This document shows positions 37,207-50,440 of a stretch of DNA of 64,000 bases, piece after piece. This stretch comes from Podarcis vaucheri. Taxonomy: Eukaryota. A program made the translations under genes and the position numbers. The stretch lies in assembly GCA_965113315.1 (NCBI GenBank), contig OZ220372.1; one strand, 5' to 3'. Positions within the stretch are counted from its first letter, which is position 1. Each line of letters opens with the position of its first letter. The notes beneath the pieces were generated by a model. It did no database searches, was not told the origin of the DNA, and saw only the letters and a list, made by a program, of their open reading frames with translations.

Positions 37207-37312
37207 ATGGCTGCCCGAGAAAGGACCACACCTGCTGTGGCAAAAGGCTCTGGATTCTGGCATGTTCCCATTGTAACCGAATATAGCCAGGAAACACAGA
37301 AACTGTTGAAAG
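37207..37312 (+). CDS. C22orf23: C22orf23 (UPF0193 protein EVG1) first coding exon
   Basis: Acceptor ttttaaag| at 37198, ATG at 37207 in GCAATGG context. Encodes MAARERTTPAVAKGSGFWHVPIVTEYSQETQKLLK; donor |gtaatt. Confidence 0.85.
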
Positions 37313-37918
37313 GTAATTAAGGCTGTTAAGCAGATATTAGAACAAGACTGAGCTTTCGTAGACCTCGCCCAGCAACTCTGTACCCTGCTTCATGCACCAG
37401 ATCATTTGGCCATGCTGCCCTGTATAATCTTCTGTGTGAATGCATTCCCACGCACATAGGTCCTTGAGCTTGTAGATCCACATTCACTATCACAGTCTGC
37501 AGTCCATCTAGCACTCATCGCCCCTTTTTTGCGGGCTGTCTACACCTCGGGCAACAGCAAGTGCAGATACAGCAAAGTCTCTGCAGTTACATGAACACTG
37601 AAAGGTGCTTTCTACCAGGTCAGATCATTGAGTCATCTCAATCAGTATTGTCTGCAAAGATTGTATGCCGGGTGAGAATCTGGGGCTCTCCAGATGTTAC
37701 TGAACTCCCACCATTCCTGTTTATTGTCAATGCTAGTTGGGCCTGATGGGAATTGGAGCCCAACATCATCTAGAGGGCCACAGATGCCCCACCACTGCTC
37801 TATGCTGACTGGCAACTGCTCTGCAGGGTTTCAGGCAGGAGTCTTACCCAGACTGCTTGGACAAACAAGGGACTGACATCATGCATACTACCACCGTGCT
37901 ACAGGTTTTCTTTGAGCC

Positions 37919-37919
<1 letters not shown>

Positions 37920-37946
<27 letters not shown>
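37920..37946. repeat. (ATT)n microsatellite forming a retroelement tail
   Basis: About 9 ATT units next to ataccctgcccatctgactgggtttccccagccactctgggcggct. Confidence 0.85.
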
Positions 37947-37949
<3 letters not shown>

Positions 37950-38971
37950 ACCCTGCCCATCTGACTGGGTTTCCCCAGCCACTCTGGGCGGCTTCCAACA
38001 AAGATTAAAAATACAATCCACATGGCATGAGTTTTATTGTATAAGTGCAAGAAAATGGACTTGCATTTCAGAGTTATCTAATTTGTGGGCTTCTCACACT
38101 TCTGATTTAGCCCTCTTTATCCAAGTCTACACTTAAGAGCACATGCCAAAGAATATATATTATGTCATAATACAAATAATTTTAAATGGTGTTGAAAGTG
38201 CAAATCGGGATTATAAAGTAAAGGCCTAGTTTCAGAACCAATTTCATAAATGATGACTACAGAAACAAACCTACATCAAGTCCCTTCTTTGCCTAGCATG
38301 TGCAAGGAAGGATTTCCACACCTGCCACGATGTAGTGGAAGCAGCTTTTGGCACACTACCATAAGCTGCCCAAGCTCCCAACGCATGGGGACAAGTGCAT
38401 GTGTCCCATTTGCCATGATCTGCAGTTAGCTCCAAAGATTGGGTTTCTCTCACTGCTGCTATCCACTGAAGTTTTAATGGAAACAGATTCTAAACTGATC
38501 TGCAATTTTGTGTTAAAAAAAAAAAGCTTCTGTATAATGGCCTTTCTGAATAATACTTTTTAAAATAAAAGATCTAGTACAAACTCATAAAAGTGTCTCT
38601 TTTCTTTGGATTTCTGTGGTTCAGAAGGTATTTAAATATTTGCATTCTTTTTCAGAAATATGGGGAAAATCAATTATTCCATTTGGGGGTCTCTTGAAAA
38701 GTTCAAATAGTCATCACCATTTCACCCAAGAATTCCACTTATTGAGATCAGTGGGAGCTGATGGCGAATCACACATTTGAAGATTTAAGTAGTTATTTTG
38801 CTGTATATACTTTAACCCCCCAAAAAAAACCCCCACACACGTTACCTAAGATCTTTTAAGAATCTGTAGGACAATTGCTCTTCCTGTTTATGTTAAAACT
38901 AATCCTGTGAAGGTGATGATGTCCTAGGAATTTTCAGGCCATGATATTTACAGATAGCTTCTGTTTTTCAG

Positions 38972-39034
38972 TGATGATGCAAGAATCCAAACTTACCAAC
39001 TTCCAGCAACGTCATCTCACAAACTGCATAAAGC
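38972..39034 (+). CDS. C22orf23: C22orf23 coding exon 2
   Basis: ttcag|(V)MMQESKLTNFQQRHLTNCIK(R)|gtgagt; the MM.ESKLTN.QQRH motif matches EVG1. Confidence 0.93.
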
Positions 39035-39638
39035 GTGAGTTATGTCTAATTTCAGCCTTGCCGTTACACTTAGCATTGCTGCTGAGTTGTTGGTTGTTAC
39101 TAGTCCAAATACGGTTTAGTCACATTCATGTTATCCATTTACAAACAAACAAATCATCCCTTTGGAAAGGAAATTAGCATTGACTCAAGCAGTAATACAG
39201 AACGTAAGTGGAAATGAGTCATGGATGATTCCCTAACAGATACTAGTTCTATCCAGCTGTCTCTGTAGAGACATAATAAAGGCTGTTTTATTGTTCTGGT
39301 CACTGCATATACTGTAAAACTAGATTTGTAAAACTAGATTTGGGTAGTTTTTATTAAAAGCGGAGAATCAAAAGATTCTGAATGTTAAATGTCATCTACC
39401 ATGCTGCACCATGCATTTGCAGCCAAACCAATTGCCAGAGCCGCTGCTGAGAGGTGGTGAGTAGAGCACTGTGCATCTGCTTGGCTGTGTTAGGCCTTTG
39501 GTTCAAATCTGAGCTCTTGAAATGCTTGGTTTTTACCAGGTATACCTTTGAAGCCTCAGGATTACATTCACTTGCTTCTGTCAGTAAGTCACAAGATCTA
39601 CTTCCTTGATCTTCTGCTCTTGGTCTTTCCTTCCTTAG

Positions 39639-39824
39639 GAGGTGACTCCCTTCCTGATAAATGCAGCCCAACATCCAGCAAGGAACCAGAGCTTTCCAAG
39701 CCTGTCTCACCACCAAAGGCTTTTTTGTCCATCAGTCCATATGGAAGACCTCGTCTCCGGCCTGCTGAGATGTGCCGGGCAGGCGATGCATACATCCGGG
39801 AGAAATTCAGGCCCCAGGCCACCC
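39639..39824 (+). CDS. C22orf23: C22orf23 coding exon 3
   Basis: ccttag|GDSLPDKCSPTSS...RPRLRPAEMCRAGDAYIREKFRPQAT(R)|gtaagg. Confidence 0.93.
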
Positions 39825-40665
39825 GTAAGGAAGCAAATGATAACATTCCCAGGGGACTAATTTTGAAATGGGAGTTAAGTAACCCTGACAACATTTTGCA
39901 TTTATGTAGCACTTCAGAATGTAAAATGGATTTAGCGCTCTTCACAACAGCCCTGTCAGGTCAGCATTAACAGTCCTTCCATGTGCAATGGGTGGGTGTG
40001 TTTGTGCTAAAGCGGATGGATAAGGGACTTGCCTAGGGCCACCAATAAGTTGATGGTTGAGGGCAGGATTTGAACTGGGAAATTCCTGGCTTCCAGCTCC
40101 TAGCCACTGCAGTGCAGTAGCTCACAAGTTTTCTTTGCAGTAACGTTTATGAAAGTTCCTGTTTGTGAAAGCTCAGCAGAATTTTTAGACCACACACTGA
40201 AATTTTCCAGGTGTTAAACCAGTTTTCACACCTCTCCTCTGAAAAGCTTAATAGAATCTAGTTTCCATTACTAAGGCTACAAGCCTTATGCATGTTTACC
40301 TGGGAGCAAGCCCTGTTGAACATAGTGGGACTTACTGCCAAGTAAATATGAATAGGATTGTGTTGCAACCTCTGCCCTCCTCTTACCAGTTTTGGTGCCT
40401 GCCATACCTTGCTGTGTTCAGGTTGTTTCACATTACCATTGCTGATTGATTTGTGTCAGAAATCCTACCCAAAATATTTGTCATTTTCATGATGCATGGC
40501 CTCTGCAGCCTACAGTCTGTGGTGCCTGATTTTGATAAGTCTCCTATGCAGACACCTTTGTAGGAGCTCTGAATATCTAGCACAGAAACTGCCTGAAGAG
40601 CTTGCAATAGAAGAAAGCACTTCTCCCACATGTTGTACATCATCTGCTTGCTTTGGCATTTGTAG

Positions 40666-40797
40666 GAGACCTGGAGAAGGAGAAGGAAAGACTCCAAAAC
40701 ATTTTTGCAACAGGAAAGGACAAAGTTGAAAAAAAGCCGAAGAAAGAGCCAGTCAAGGTAGAAGAGAAGGTCCCAGAACCAGACCGGTTTGAAGAAT
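40666..40797 (+). CDS. C22orf23: C22orf23 coding exon 4
   Basis: tgtag|DLEKEKERLQNIFATGKD...EPDRFEE(L)|gtatgt. Confidence 0.94.
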
Positions 40798-42294
40798 GTA
40801 TGTACAATGTATTGCCTTGGTTGAAAGCAGTGATCTGATGCTCTATGTATGGTAGGGAGGCTGCTCTCCCATTCTGAAGCATAGGAACTGGTCAGAGGAA
40901 AGTAAGGGTTGTGTTATTGGGTTCAGGGAGAGCCCTAAGTAAAGAAATCTCCCTTATTGTGTCTTGTCAAAGAAGGTTACCTCACTAAGTAGGAACTATA
41001 GAGTGCAGGACAAATTCCACCCTATAAACATGGTCAGTGGTGCCCTCTGTTCCCCGTGATGGCACTACAGCAGTCTGATACAAGATTAATACATATTTAA
41101 GATGGGTATAATGAGTTACAAGGGCTAGTTTCATGTCTGAGCACATACAGTGCAGACCTGACTCAGTAAAGCTGTCGAAATATACAAGCAGACTAGGCAG
41201 GCAGCCTAGTTTTCCTAGTTAAATGAACTCCTGCCACAATAGAAACAGCACATGTATTGTGGGCTTGTGTCCTCTGTGTAAAGTGAATTCACTCTGCAGA
41301 CCCCCATTAGTTTAGAAGCCCCAGAGGTGCATCCCATGTGCATGGGAACACCTACACAGTGCCAGTGACAGCTGTGGCATCAAAAACCTTGAGATGAGCT
41401 CATTCTGAAAAGCATCTGCCAATGGTGCGGGGGAATATTCTCATATTTGATTTGGAAAACATGCTGAGTAGGTGATATACATACATGCAAGTTGGGAAAG
41501 CTATGTGTATTTTCCTCTGCATTCAAATATGTTGATTGGTGGTGATCAGGCAAAAGTCATTCATAAACAGGGCTGTACACTGCTCTGATGATTGGTGAGA
41601 GGATGGTATAAAATTAAATACTTTTATAAATAAAATAAAAAGGAAACAAAATGTTATTTTAAATTTTTAGGACAGTATTTTTACAATATTTGTAATTGTT
41701 TACTATTTTTTTAAGTAATTGTTTTATACCATTTTTTAATAGAATTGTATTTTTAATGTATATTAAGGCACCCCAGTGTGGTGTATCAAAACTAGAAGGG
41801 CAGAATATAAATGCTCCGATGAAAGATTCCTGCTGGATCAGCGTAAGGGCCATCCAATCTAACATTCTGGCAAGCAACTGCTGGCCTGTACTTGTTGCCC
41901 TCCAACCACAGCAAATAGAATTTATATGCTCAGCTCCTCTGAATTTGGAGTTCCTATTTAGTTATTATAGCTCAGCCTTCACCAAGTGAGTAGTCCAAAA
42001 CATCTGGAGGGCACCACACCCACCTTCCCTGGCCCTTGAGCCATGCTGCCTGGGGTTGATGTATATTGGACGCCAGCAAGTTGATATCCATAAATTTGCT
42101 CAGTCTCATTTTAAAGTTACTGAAGGCGCTGACCGCCACTTTTCTATTGCAAGCAAATTTGACAAATTAATTAGGCACTTCCTTTTCATACATGTAAATA
42201 AACCAATTCAGTCATCAAGCTTTCTTTCCAAGAGAGTAATGGTCCTTTCCAAGTTTAAAGAGCATACTAAAAATGAATACAATATGCGTAGTAA

Positions 42295-42576
<282 letters not shown>

Positions 42577-42763
42577 TGATAACTGGCCATAATGTATTTT
42601 GAGAAGGTGGGGAAAGAGATTGACCGACAGGTATATGAAAGACATGAAGATCCTTTAAAAAATGCTACAGGGGTGGGAGTAAATCTCTGATACTCGTTGC
42701 ATGTGATTTTGTGATGCAAGTGTCTGGAATTCTCACTGCCTCCCCTTCCCCTGCTTTTTGCAG

Positions 42764-42886
42764 AAGGTTCGAGAGATGGAGATCATCGACAAACAGAGGA
42801 GTGCAGAACTGAAAGAGGCGATGGCTAAATCCTTCAATATAGGCAACAAACCTGACCCTGAATGCACAAGTCAAGAAGACCAGTAG
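42764..42886 (+). CDS. C22orf23: C22orf23 last coding exon
   Basis: ttgcag|KVREMEIIDKQRSAELKEAMAKSFNIGNKPDPECTSQEDQ*. The coding exons total 711 nt = 236 aa plus stop. Confidence 0.92.
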   Translation, partial: KVREMEIIDKQRSAELKEAMAKSFNIGNKPDPECTSQEDQ

Positions 42887-43979
42887 TCATTTTTCACTTT
42901 TCATTTTCGACATGATTATTGCACAAGGGTGCCAGAACTAGGCTTTCCACGAGACAGTTTCAGAAATGCCTCTTAGTCCTTAAGTGGCAAATTGAAGAGT
43001 TTCAGTGCCCCCAGGGCTTTGTTTTTGCAAGAACTCCAAATATTCTATTTTCATAGTCTTTAACAGCAAGAGGCCTTTTCAAGGGTGTGGTTTAAAAGTT
43101 GCCATAGGATTAATGCCTGGCTACAATAAAGGGCATGAATGGGCATTTCCTCTTTAAACAGACCAGCAAGGAGTAGAACTTCCACACACCTATCTAGTCT
43201 CAATGTGAAGCAAAGCAGTATGCAGTTTTCTAGAAGGTTGTGCTTCTGCTTGTTAAAATCACAACAGCCTATTCTAGGAAGTGTTTGGGTCAAAAGCTTC
43301 TGTCTAAGCTCATATCCTTTACTTTTCACACGTTTTCCGGTGAAAGCTGAAAGTTAATGCTGCCGTCTCTTACAATCTTGTATACAATTATACCTGACAA
43401 ATAATGGTGCCTGCTGCTTCAGAGCTAGTAAGAACACTGAGAGAACTTGTTTTTAATTTTATGGCGACCTCAGTGAGATTGGGAGCATGTAGGAACATGT
43501 CAGGACCAACCTAGATATAACAGAGGACACCCATGTGTGTTTAGTCGCAGGCCTACCCCATTCATGACTAAAGCTGGGGCCAAGGAGGGCTGATATCTTA
43601 TTTGCTTTAACTCACTGTGCTCGGTCACTTGAAACATTTTCTGCCTGTTTAGCTCATGGTTGGTATTGGAACCAGGGCAAATGCCTGAAGTGACAAGAGT
43701 GGAAAGAGGTAAATTTGGGAGGGAGGAGGCAACCAGCTCCCCTTACCTTTTATTGTAAAAAGAACACCCACTCCAGTTTAGTTGTGGGGCAGAAGTGTGA
43801 AAACAGAAAACAGCTGCCCCCTCAAGGCTAGTTTACCCCTCATATACTCTTCTCAGATTATTTTTTTAAAAAACAAGACTGTATGAAATATATACCTGAG
43901 ACTTCTCTATTTTATATGCCCTGGGACTACCTTTATAAGAGAGGGTCTGTTTTGTTTCTACTGTGATTCAAAACGGAGA

Positions 43980-43985
43980 AATAAA
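43980..43985 (+). terminator. C22orf23: Candidate distal C22orf23 polyadenylation signal (proximal alternative at 43125-43130)
   Basis: AATAAA followed about 25 nt later by the U/GU-rich tract gttttatttcatttgtttgtt. Confidence 0.45.
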
Positions 43986-44013
43986 CACCAACACTGTTGC
44001 TAAATACAATAGT

Positions 44014-44019
44014 TTTATT
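44014..44019 (-). terminator. MICALL1: Probable MICALL1 polyadenylation signal
   Basis: AATAAA on the minus strand about 1.7 kb after the stop, with a GU-rich downstream element (gtgttggtgtttattt). Confidence 0.55.
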
Positions 44020-45711
44020 TCATTTGTTTGTTCCCTGCATGTAAGTGGAGATTGTGGTTAATACAGTGTAATTCTGTCCATCAGGGCTAGGGGAATTTGT
44101 GATGGGAGCGTCTCTGGTGGGATTTTGTAACAGTTTCGTTTTAGAGGGGAATGTTGTGCTCTGGGATCAAACCCCAGGGTGGCCTTTCTGTGGAGAGCAG
44201 GATTCAGCAGGAGGTTGTCATCCACTTGTGGGGACTGATAACAAGGCCCCGAACCAGCGCTGGCAACACTGATGAACTCAGATCCCCTTCTGGGACAGCG
44301 TAGGCTGAGTGTCATAGCCAGGGACTGGCCAAACATTCCATCATATTTGGATAAGGCAGCACAGCAATTTGCTCTGGGCTGGTAGTCTACTCTGCTAACA
44401 AGAACCCAAGACTAACAGCTGACTAACCAACACCTACAATACTATCAGTGTTTAACTCAGACCAAACAAACATCTCAATAAATAGCTCCTCCACTCGGAG
44501 AAGGCAGAAAGGAAGGTGGGAAGGTCCCTTCCCTCCCAGCACACACGCAAACACACACACACGCAAACAAATAAAAACAAAGCTGGAAGGGAGAGGTGGA
44601 AATTCAAGCTAAGGAAGCAGTATAGAAAGGAGCCCTCTTGCACTCTTAGGAAAGTATATACATGTCAAGCCAAGGGGGGAGCAGCTGGAATCCCTCCCAA
44701 ATGGGCTAAGGGTGGCACTGGTGAGCAAGGCAAAAAGGGAACCTTGTTGGCATTGAGTACAGCATGAGATCTTACACCCTCACAGTAGAGGGGAACGCTG
44801 GACCTTTTCCCAGCCCACTGTGTCCCTTTGAAGAGCACCATGGATGAAATTTAGCAGCAGCAACCAAGAGGGTGAAAAGGCCCAGTGAGTGTCCGATTCA
44901 GACCTTACCAAGTACATGAAAATCCAACCCCCTTAAGCTTTCCTCCCTGCATTGCTAAAAACGGTTTCCAAGAGATTCGGCATTCACAGCACATTGGCAG
45001 CAGGAGAGAAATAGGCCACTGGTTAGGCTCTTGGCTGTTTCTATCCGCTCTTATGGCATGGAAGCGTTTCCCGTGATACTCAGTTTTAACAGTTTTAAGC
45101 CAAAACAAAAAAATTAACCATGCTCCAAAAGCCCAAAACCTTTCCAAATGACCCAAGTGGGATTTCTGACTAGCAGGCTAATGAGAAAAGGGATTTGGAG
45201 CAGGGGAGAGGAGTCCCCGTCCCTGGACTACTATGGAAAGTCTCCTCCTCCCCGAAGGAGAGGGGTACGAGGCACATGTGACTATCACAGTTGAGAGACG
45301 GGAGGGGGACAATTAGTGCAAGTTTCCCACAGACACCCAAATTCTGCACTGCTCAGAACCAGTAAGAAGAAGTACACATGTACAGCCGAGGAAGCCTAAA
45401 GCTATTTCACTTTCCCACCCCTACCCAGAAGCCGAAGAGACAAGTAGCTTCCTCCTCCAGTCTGTCCCTCCAACAATTTCAGTGCTGACTAGGCTTGCCC
45501 CACCTCTCTCCCCTTTTACTAGGCAAAGGAGCTTCTGTTGATGGAAGCTGACGGAACTTCTCCAAGGGAAGCCAGCTTTGGTGTATGGCGAGGCACAGCA
45601 TTGGTGGTGGCGGGAGGGCAGGGAAGGGGCAGGAGGCAGAAGCCCCATTTGCCAGGTGGCCGGCCAAACAGGACCGGTTTTGTCCCTCCCCGCTTCTGGC
45701 TGCCTCCTGCT

Positions 45712-45833
45712 TTAGCTTTTCTCCTTGGGCGACTTGCTCTTTGACTCATGTTTGTTCCCAAGCAGTTTCAACACTTTCATGGGCTTGAATTTCCCTCTCT
45801 TCTTGCTCTCGGCTTCGGTCTCCTTATGAAATT
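45712..45833 (-). CDS. MICALL1: MICALL1 last coding exon
   Basis: ctccag|[39 protein letters not shown]; basic C-terminus. Confidence 0.95.
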
Positions 45834-47416
45834 CTGGAGAAAGGAGGGAGGGGGAGAGAGAAAGTACAGTGATCACTTTCTGTGGAATGCACCTGGGGTT
45901 GGGCAAGAGAGGAAGGTAAGAAACTGTTTTCAGCTGAGTCAGACAGGAGCTCAGCAACTGGCAGCAGCTCTCCAGGGTTTCAGACAGGAGATGCCAACAC
46001 TATTTGGAGACGCCAGGGACTGAACATGGGCTAAAGCCCTCCCATATATACCAGGATCTCCATGCAACAAGTATACACAAAGCATACCCTGGCAAATGCT
46101 TGTAACATCATGGATGCTACAGTTCTATACTAAAATTAGATTCAGTAACCAGAAAATCCAAATGCCTCAAGGGATTACATTAGCTAAATTAGCATAAATC
46201 TGTTTATTTGCATGCTTCAGACAACAGGCCATTTGTCAAGTCAGGACAAGCATTGTTTACAGAATCTGGAATTATTATTCTGCAAGGGATTGAGAAAGGA
46301 AGATCATCACCTGTGGAAAAATGCAAAAAGGGAGGAATAGCAGCCACTAAATAGATTTGTGACCCTTGCTGTTTGCCAAAACAAATATGCACCTAAAGGG
46401 TGTGTTAGATGACTGTATTAGATACAGTCTCAAGCTGGAATTATGCCTGGGTGTTCAGGGTTGATCCCAAAGCTACGTATATCCTGCCATTCTGCAGGAG
46501 TCCAGAAAAAACCCATAATGTTTTCTTAGTCACTGAATTTAGTTTCCTGATTAAAAGAAAAAAGAAACCAGGAGGACAGAAAAAGGTTTCTAGCCTTTTT
46601 GGATGTGAAGAAAATGCTTGAAAATGCAGAGTTAAAATCTCAGAAGCCATAAAGGAGACTGAATCTCCTATGTTTGGGGGCAGGGCTTTCAGTGCCTTGC
46701 ATAGTTTCTTGCCCTGCCCTGTGGCTAGCAAAACCAGACTAAATTAGCAAATTAGCAAAAACAAGCATGCATCCATGAAAGAATTTCCATGGCTTTCATT
46801 CTTCCTCTAAAATAGTTGCTTCAGAAGGGAAGGGAAAGCTTAGACTCCCTTTGCCCCCCAGGCAACTATTAAGAGGGAAGGATTCAGATTTAGGTGCAAT
46901 GTCTCAGAGCTTCCTCCTTCTGTATTGCAACTGCTTTCGAGATGAAGAACAAGACCTGGGCTATAAGGATTATGTGCTGCCCTGTGCCGGGAGCGATATT
47001 CCTCAACAACCGAGGGAACGTGCATGCACCACCCATGGCCAAAGGCAGTTTGGCGAGAAAGCTGAGGAGCATTTGACATCCTTTCCATCCCAAATTTCCC
47101 CGAACTCAGCTTCCTGCCCCTACTGCATCTGCAAGCAGAAGGCTACTTTCCTGAGTGATCAGCAGGATTACAAAAAATAAGAAAAATTATGCAAATTTGC
47201 TTAATTTTGCATTTAAGTCATACAATTCAGCTTTCATTGGAGCAGAATTCAAATTGCTTGGGTGCATACTTTTAGTGTGTTCAGTATGGAAAGGACACAT
47301 AAGCACACTGTGTCCTGGTTAACAGTCGTTTTAAATATCTAAATGAAAGGTGAATTAGAAATATTTTAATAAAGAATATTCAGGAACCAATGCCTTAACT
47401 CCTGGACCTCTCTTAC

Positions 47417-47463
47417 CTTTCTTTTTAATCATGGCTTCCAGCATTTTGTCCTCTTCTTCTTCC
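47417..47463 (-). CDS. MICALL1: MICALL1 penultimate exon
   Basis: taccag|EEEEDKMLEAMIKKK(E)|gtaaga. Confidence 0.95.
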
Positions 47464-47968
47464 CTGGTAAAACAAGGGGAAGGAATAGTAAGATTCGGCC
47501 TTTGCCAGAACAGTTGAAGTGAAGCTTCTAAAAAGATGTCATTATGCCATAGAACACAAGAAGCTGCTCTTCTCCCGAATCTGCCCAGCCAATAGTTTCT
47601 ATGCTGGGGGATAGGACCCTATGACCCTCCCCTAGAAGCTGCTGGGCTCCAACTCCCATCAGTCCCAGCCATCATGGCCAATGGTCAGGGATGATGGGAG
47701 CTGTAGTCCAGAAACAACTGACAGGCCACAGGTTCACCATCCTTGGCCCAAGTAGGAAAGCCATTTTTTCAGATCCCAAATGCACCACATCTTTGGGCAA
47801 GCTCCTAGCACCAGCTCCCTTGGACAAAGCTCTTGTGTCTTGTCTGGGGAAGATGTTCACTATAAGAACGGCATTTGGGGCCATGCAATTACAGCCAGCT
47901 TTACAGTCACCCCAGCCCTGTTATTTAGAAGTAGGCAGGCCATTTCCAACCACTCCCCCTTCTGCTAC

Positions 47969-48083
47969 CTTTGCCGGTCCTCGTCCAAGCAATTGACAAT
48001 GGCGTTCCGCTGCTCAATAATGGTCACCAGTTCTTGCATCAGCACCTTCTCCCTCACACGGTCCTCATCTGTCCAGTCTTTCT
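47969..48083 (-). CDS. MICALL1: MICALL1 bMERB exon
   Basis: ggacag|[37 protein letters not shown](R)|gtagca. Confidence 0.96.
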
Positions 48084-50366
48084 CTGTCCGCCAAGAAAGA
48101 GAGAGGTGAGTAGGCGGTTATTTATTTACTAGGTGTTTGTACTTATAAGCCCACCTTCCTTGAAACCGTCCCGCAGCGGATGACAAAAAAGTGTGACAAT
48201 TAAACAAATACAGTTTACGTTAAAATCATAAAATGAAAGCACAAGAACACCCAACAGCAAAACATCAGCACAGAATAGCAGCGAAGAGCAATGCAGGAGT
48301 TATGTGATGGAACTTCCTAGGGTTAGATGGTCACACTTCTGCTCTGCGAAGGATTACTTGACAAGTGTGCGCTTGAACCCAGCGTGCTCCTCCTCTTAAC
48401 ATGAACGGTGCTGGAAATATCACAAAGTCTGAGCGTGTTCTGGCTTTCTAGCCTAGCACATGCCACCCAAAGGATAAAAGGTGGCCCTTATGAAGGTGCA
48501 CAACCCGTGGGATTGTGTGGGACAGAGTGTGTCAATTCCAGATAAAATGGGTGAGAAAATCTGTGTCCTTCAGAAGTTGCTGGACTACAACCCACACTGT
48601 CCATGACGGGGTGTTGGCTAGGACAGAGAGGAGTTGTAGCTCAGCAACCTCTGGAGGGACCCAGGTTAGCTACTCCTGAGTCGAAGGGGTCTCAGGTAGT
48701 AGAGTTAAGGAAAACCTCTGTCTGGGTCCCCAGAGAGCCACTGCCCTTCAGAGTACACAGAACTAGACTGGGCAAAGCAATGTGTAAGGCAGTGACTCAG
48801 AACAAGACTGCTCCATGTTCCTTTCTTGCCTGTGAGACTGAACATCTTCCAAGTTCTCCTCACAAAGGGTCAATTGTGGCTCAAGAAACACTGGTTTTGC
48901 TCACTATGTTCTTCCCCATACCTCTCTACAGATCATCCGTGCCTTGAGCCTGTTTCGAGAGCTTCCCTCTTGTTGGACTTTCATGAACTAACTAGGGCAG
49001 GAAATGCCATCGACTGAAGGCTGGCAGTAGGGAAAGAGCCTCTCGTTTTATTGAACAGTGCTCTCTGCTGGCAGTCAACGTGCGTTGAGATAATATTCTG
49101 CTCTGGGTAGTATTCCGCCTACATATAGGTTCATGTCGAAATTCTGAAATCCTTCAATCTCAGCAAGCCTTAGAATAGCTCTGTAAGGTAGGCCGCTATT
49201 ATTCTGTTCATGCTGCAGATGAGATTGAGGCTGGGAATCTATGGCTTGCCAAACGCTACCTAATGCGCCCATGGCAGAGAGAATGTTCAAACTAGGGAGT
49301 TCTCCTCTTAGCTGACACAGTAACAGCGGCTGTCTAAACTAGCAACACTCAGGCCATAGTGGAAGAACAGCTGCTGGGCCCCAGGTTTCCTAGCCTGCCA
49401 TTCCATCAGCCTGAAGCATACAGAAGAAAGGACTGCTCCATCAGCTCCACTGAGAAGCCGTCTCCAGCAGGCTTTTCTTCTCCTTCAAATGCCATCTTGT
49501 CATTGTGTCATACTACAGCAGAGCAAAGGGAAGGGAAGCAGGACCACTTTACTGGCTCTGATGCAAAATCAGCAACTTTCGGCTGTTCCTCTCCTTGGGC
49601 AGTTTCCCTTCCAGCTAGTCAAAAGAACTCCATATCTAAGAACTAGTTTCTGAGTTTCATTTCTTTCCTCCTCCTGCCCAATCCTTTTTCCTTTTGTGTT
49701 GTGTCTTTCAAATTTTAAACCTAGGGACAGGGGTGTTTGTGGAATGCCCTCCCTAGTGAGGTGTGTCTGTCTCCTTCATTACTGACTTTCAGGAGAACTC
49801 TAAAAACATTCCTGTTTCTCCAGGCATTTGATGGCTGAAAGACACTGCTCTTGGCAACCCTGAGGTCACCGACTGAAATAATGTATTTAGCTGGTTTTTA
49901 GAATGCGTTTAACATGCTTGTAACTGTTTTTGACTGTTTTTAGTTGTGATATGTCATGGCCGTTTCTGCAGTCCTAGACTTTTCGGCAGGAAAGGTAGGA
50001 TATAAATTGGATGAATGATTTATTGATTGCTATTCAGTCTTTTTTTGGCTGAAGAGTAGGGTAAATAAACAAACAAACGGACATACACAATTTTAAGGAT
50101 ACTGAAGGAACTGTAAGCACCTTATGAAGAAACATACTTAGGCTAACGTTCAAAGTGAGCAGCCTGGAGCACTGGCCATCCCAGCAAAGTCTGAGCACAC
50201 CAGGGGAACAAGAAACAGCTCACATTGCCTGGCATGGTCTCATCACGTAGGTCCTGTAACACTGTTCCTTTCAAATGCATCCAAAATCATTTTCAAGTCA
50301 TTCTCAAATGCTACGGCAAAGATCACTTTTTTAAAAACTGCTCGTATCACACCCTGAGAGACGTAC

Positions 50367-50440
50367 CAGGTTTGTTGAGGAGGCATCGCAGCTCATACTC
50401 CACGTCAGCCTGACGCTGCTCCAAGTTCTGCTGCTTAAAG
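50367..50440 (-). CDS. MICALL1: MICALL1 bMERB exon
   Basis: ttttag|[24 protein letters not shown](E)|gtacgt. Confidence 0.96.
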
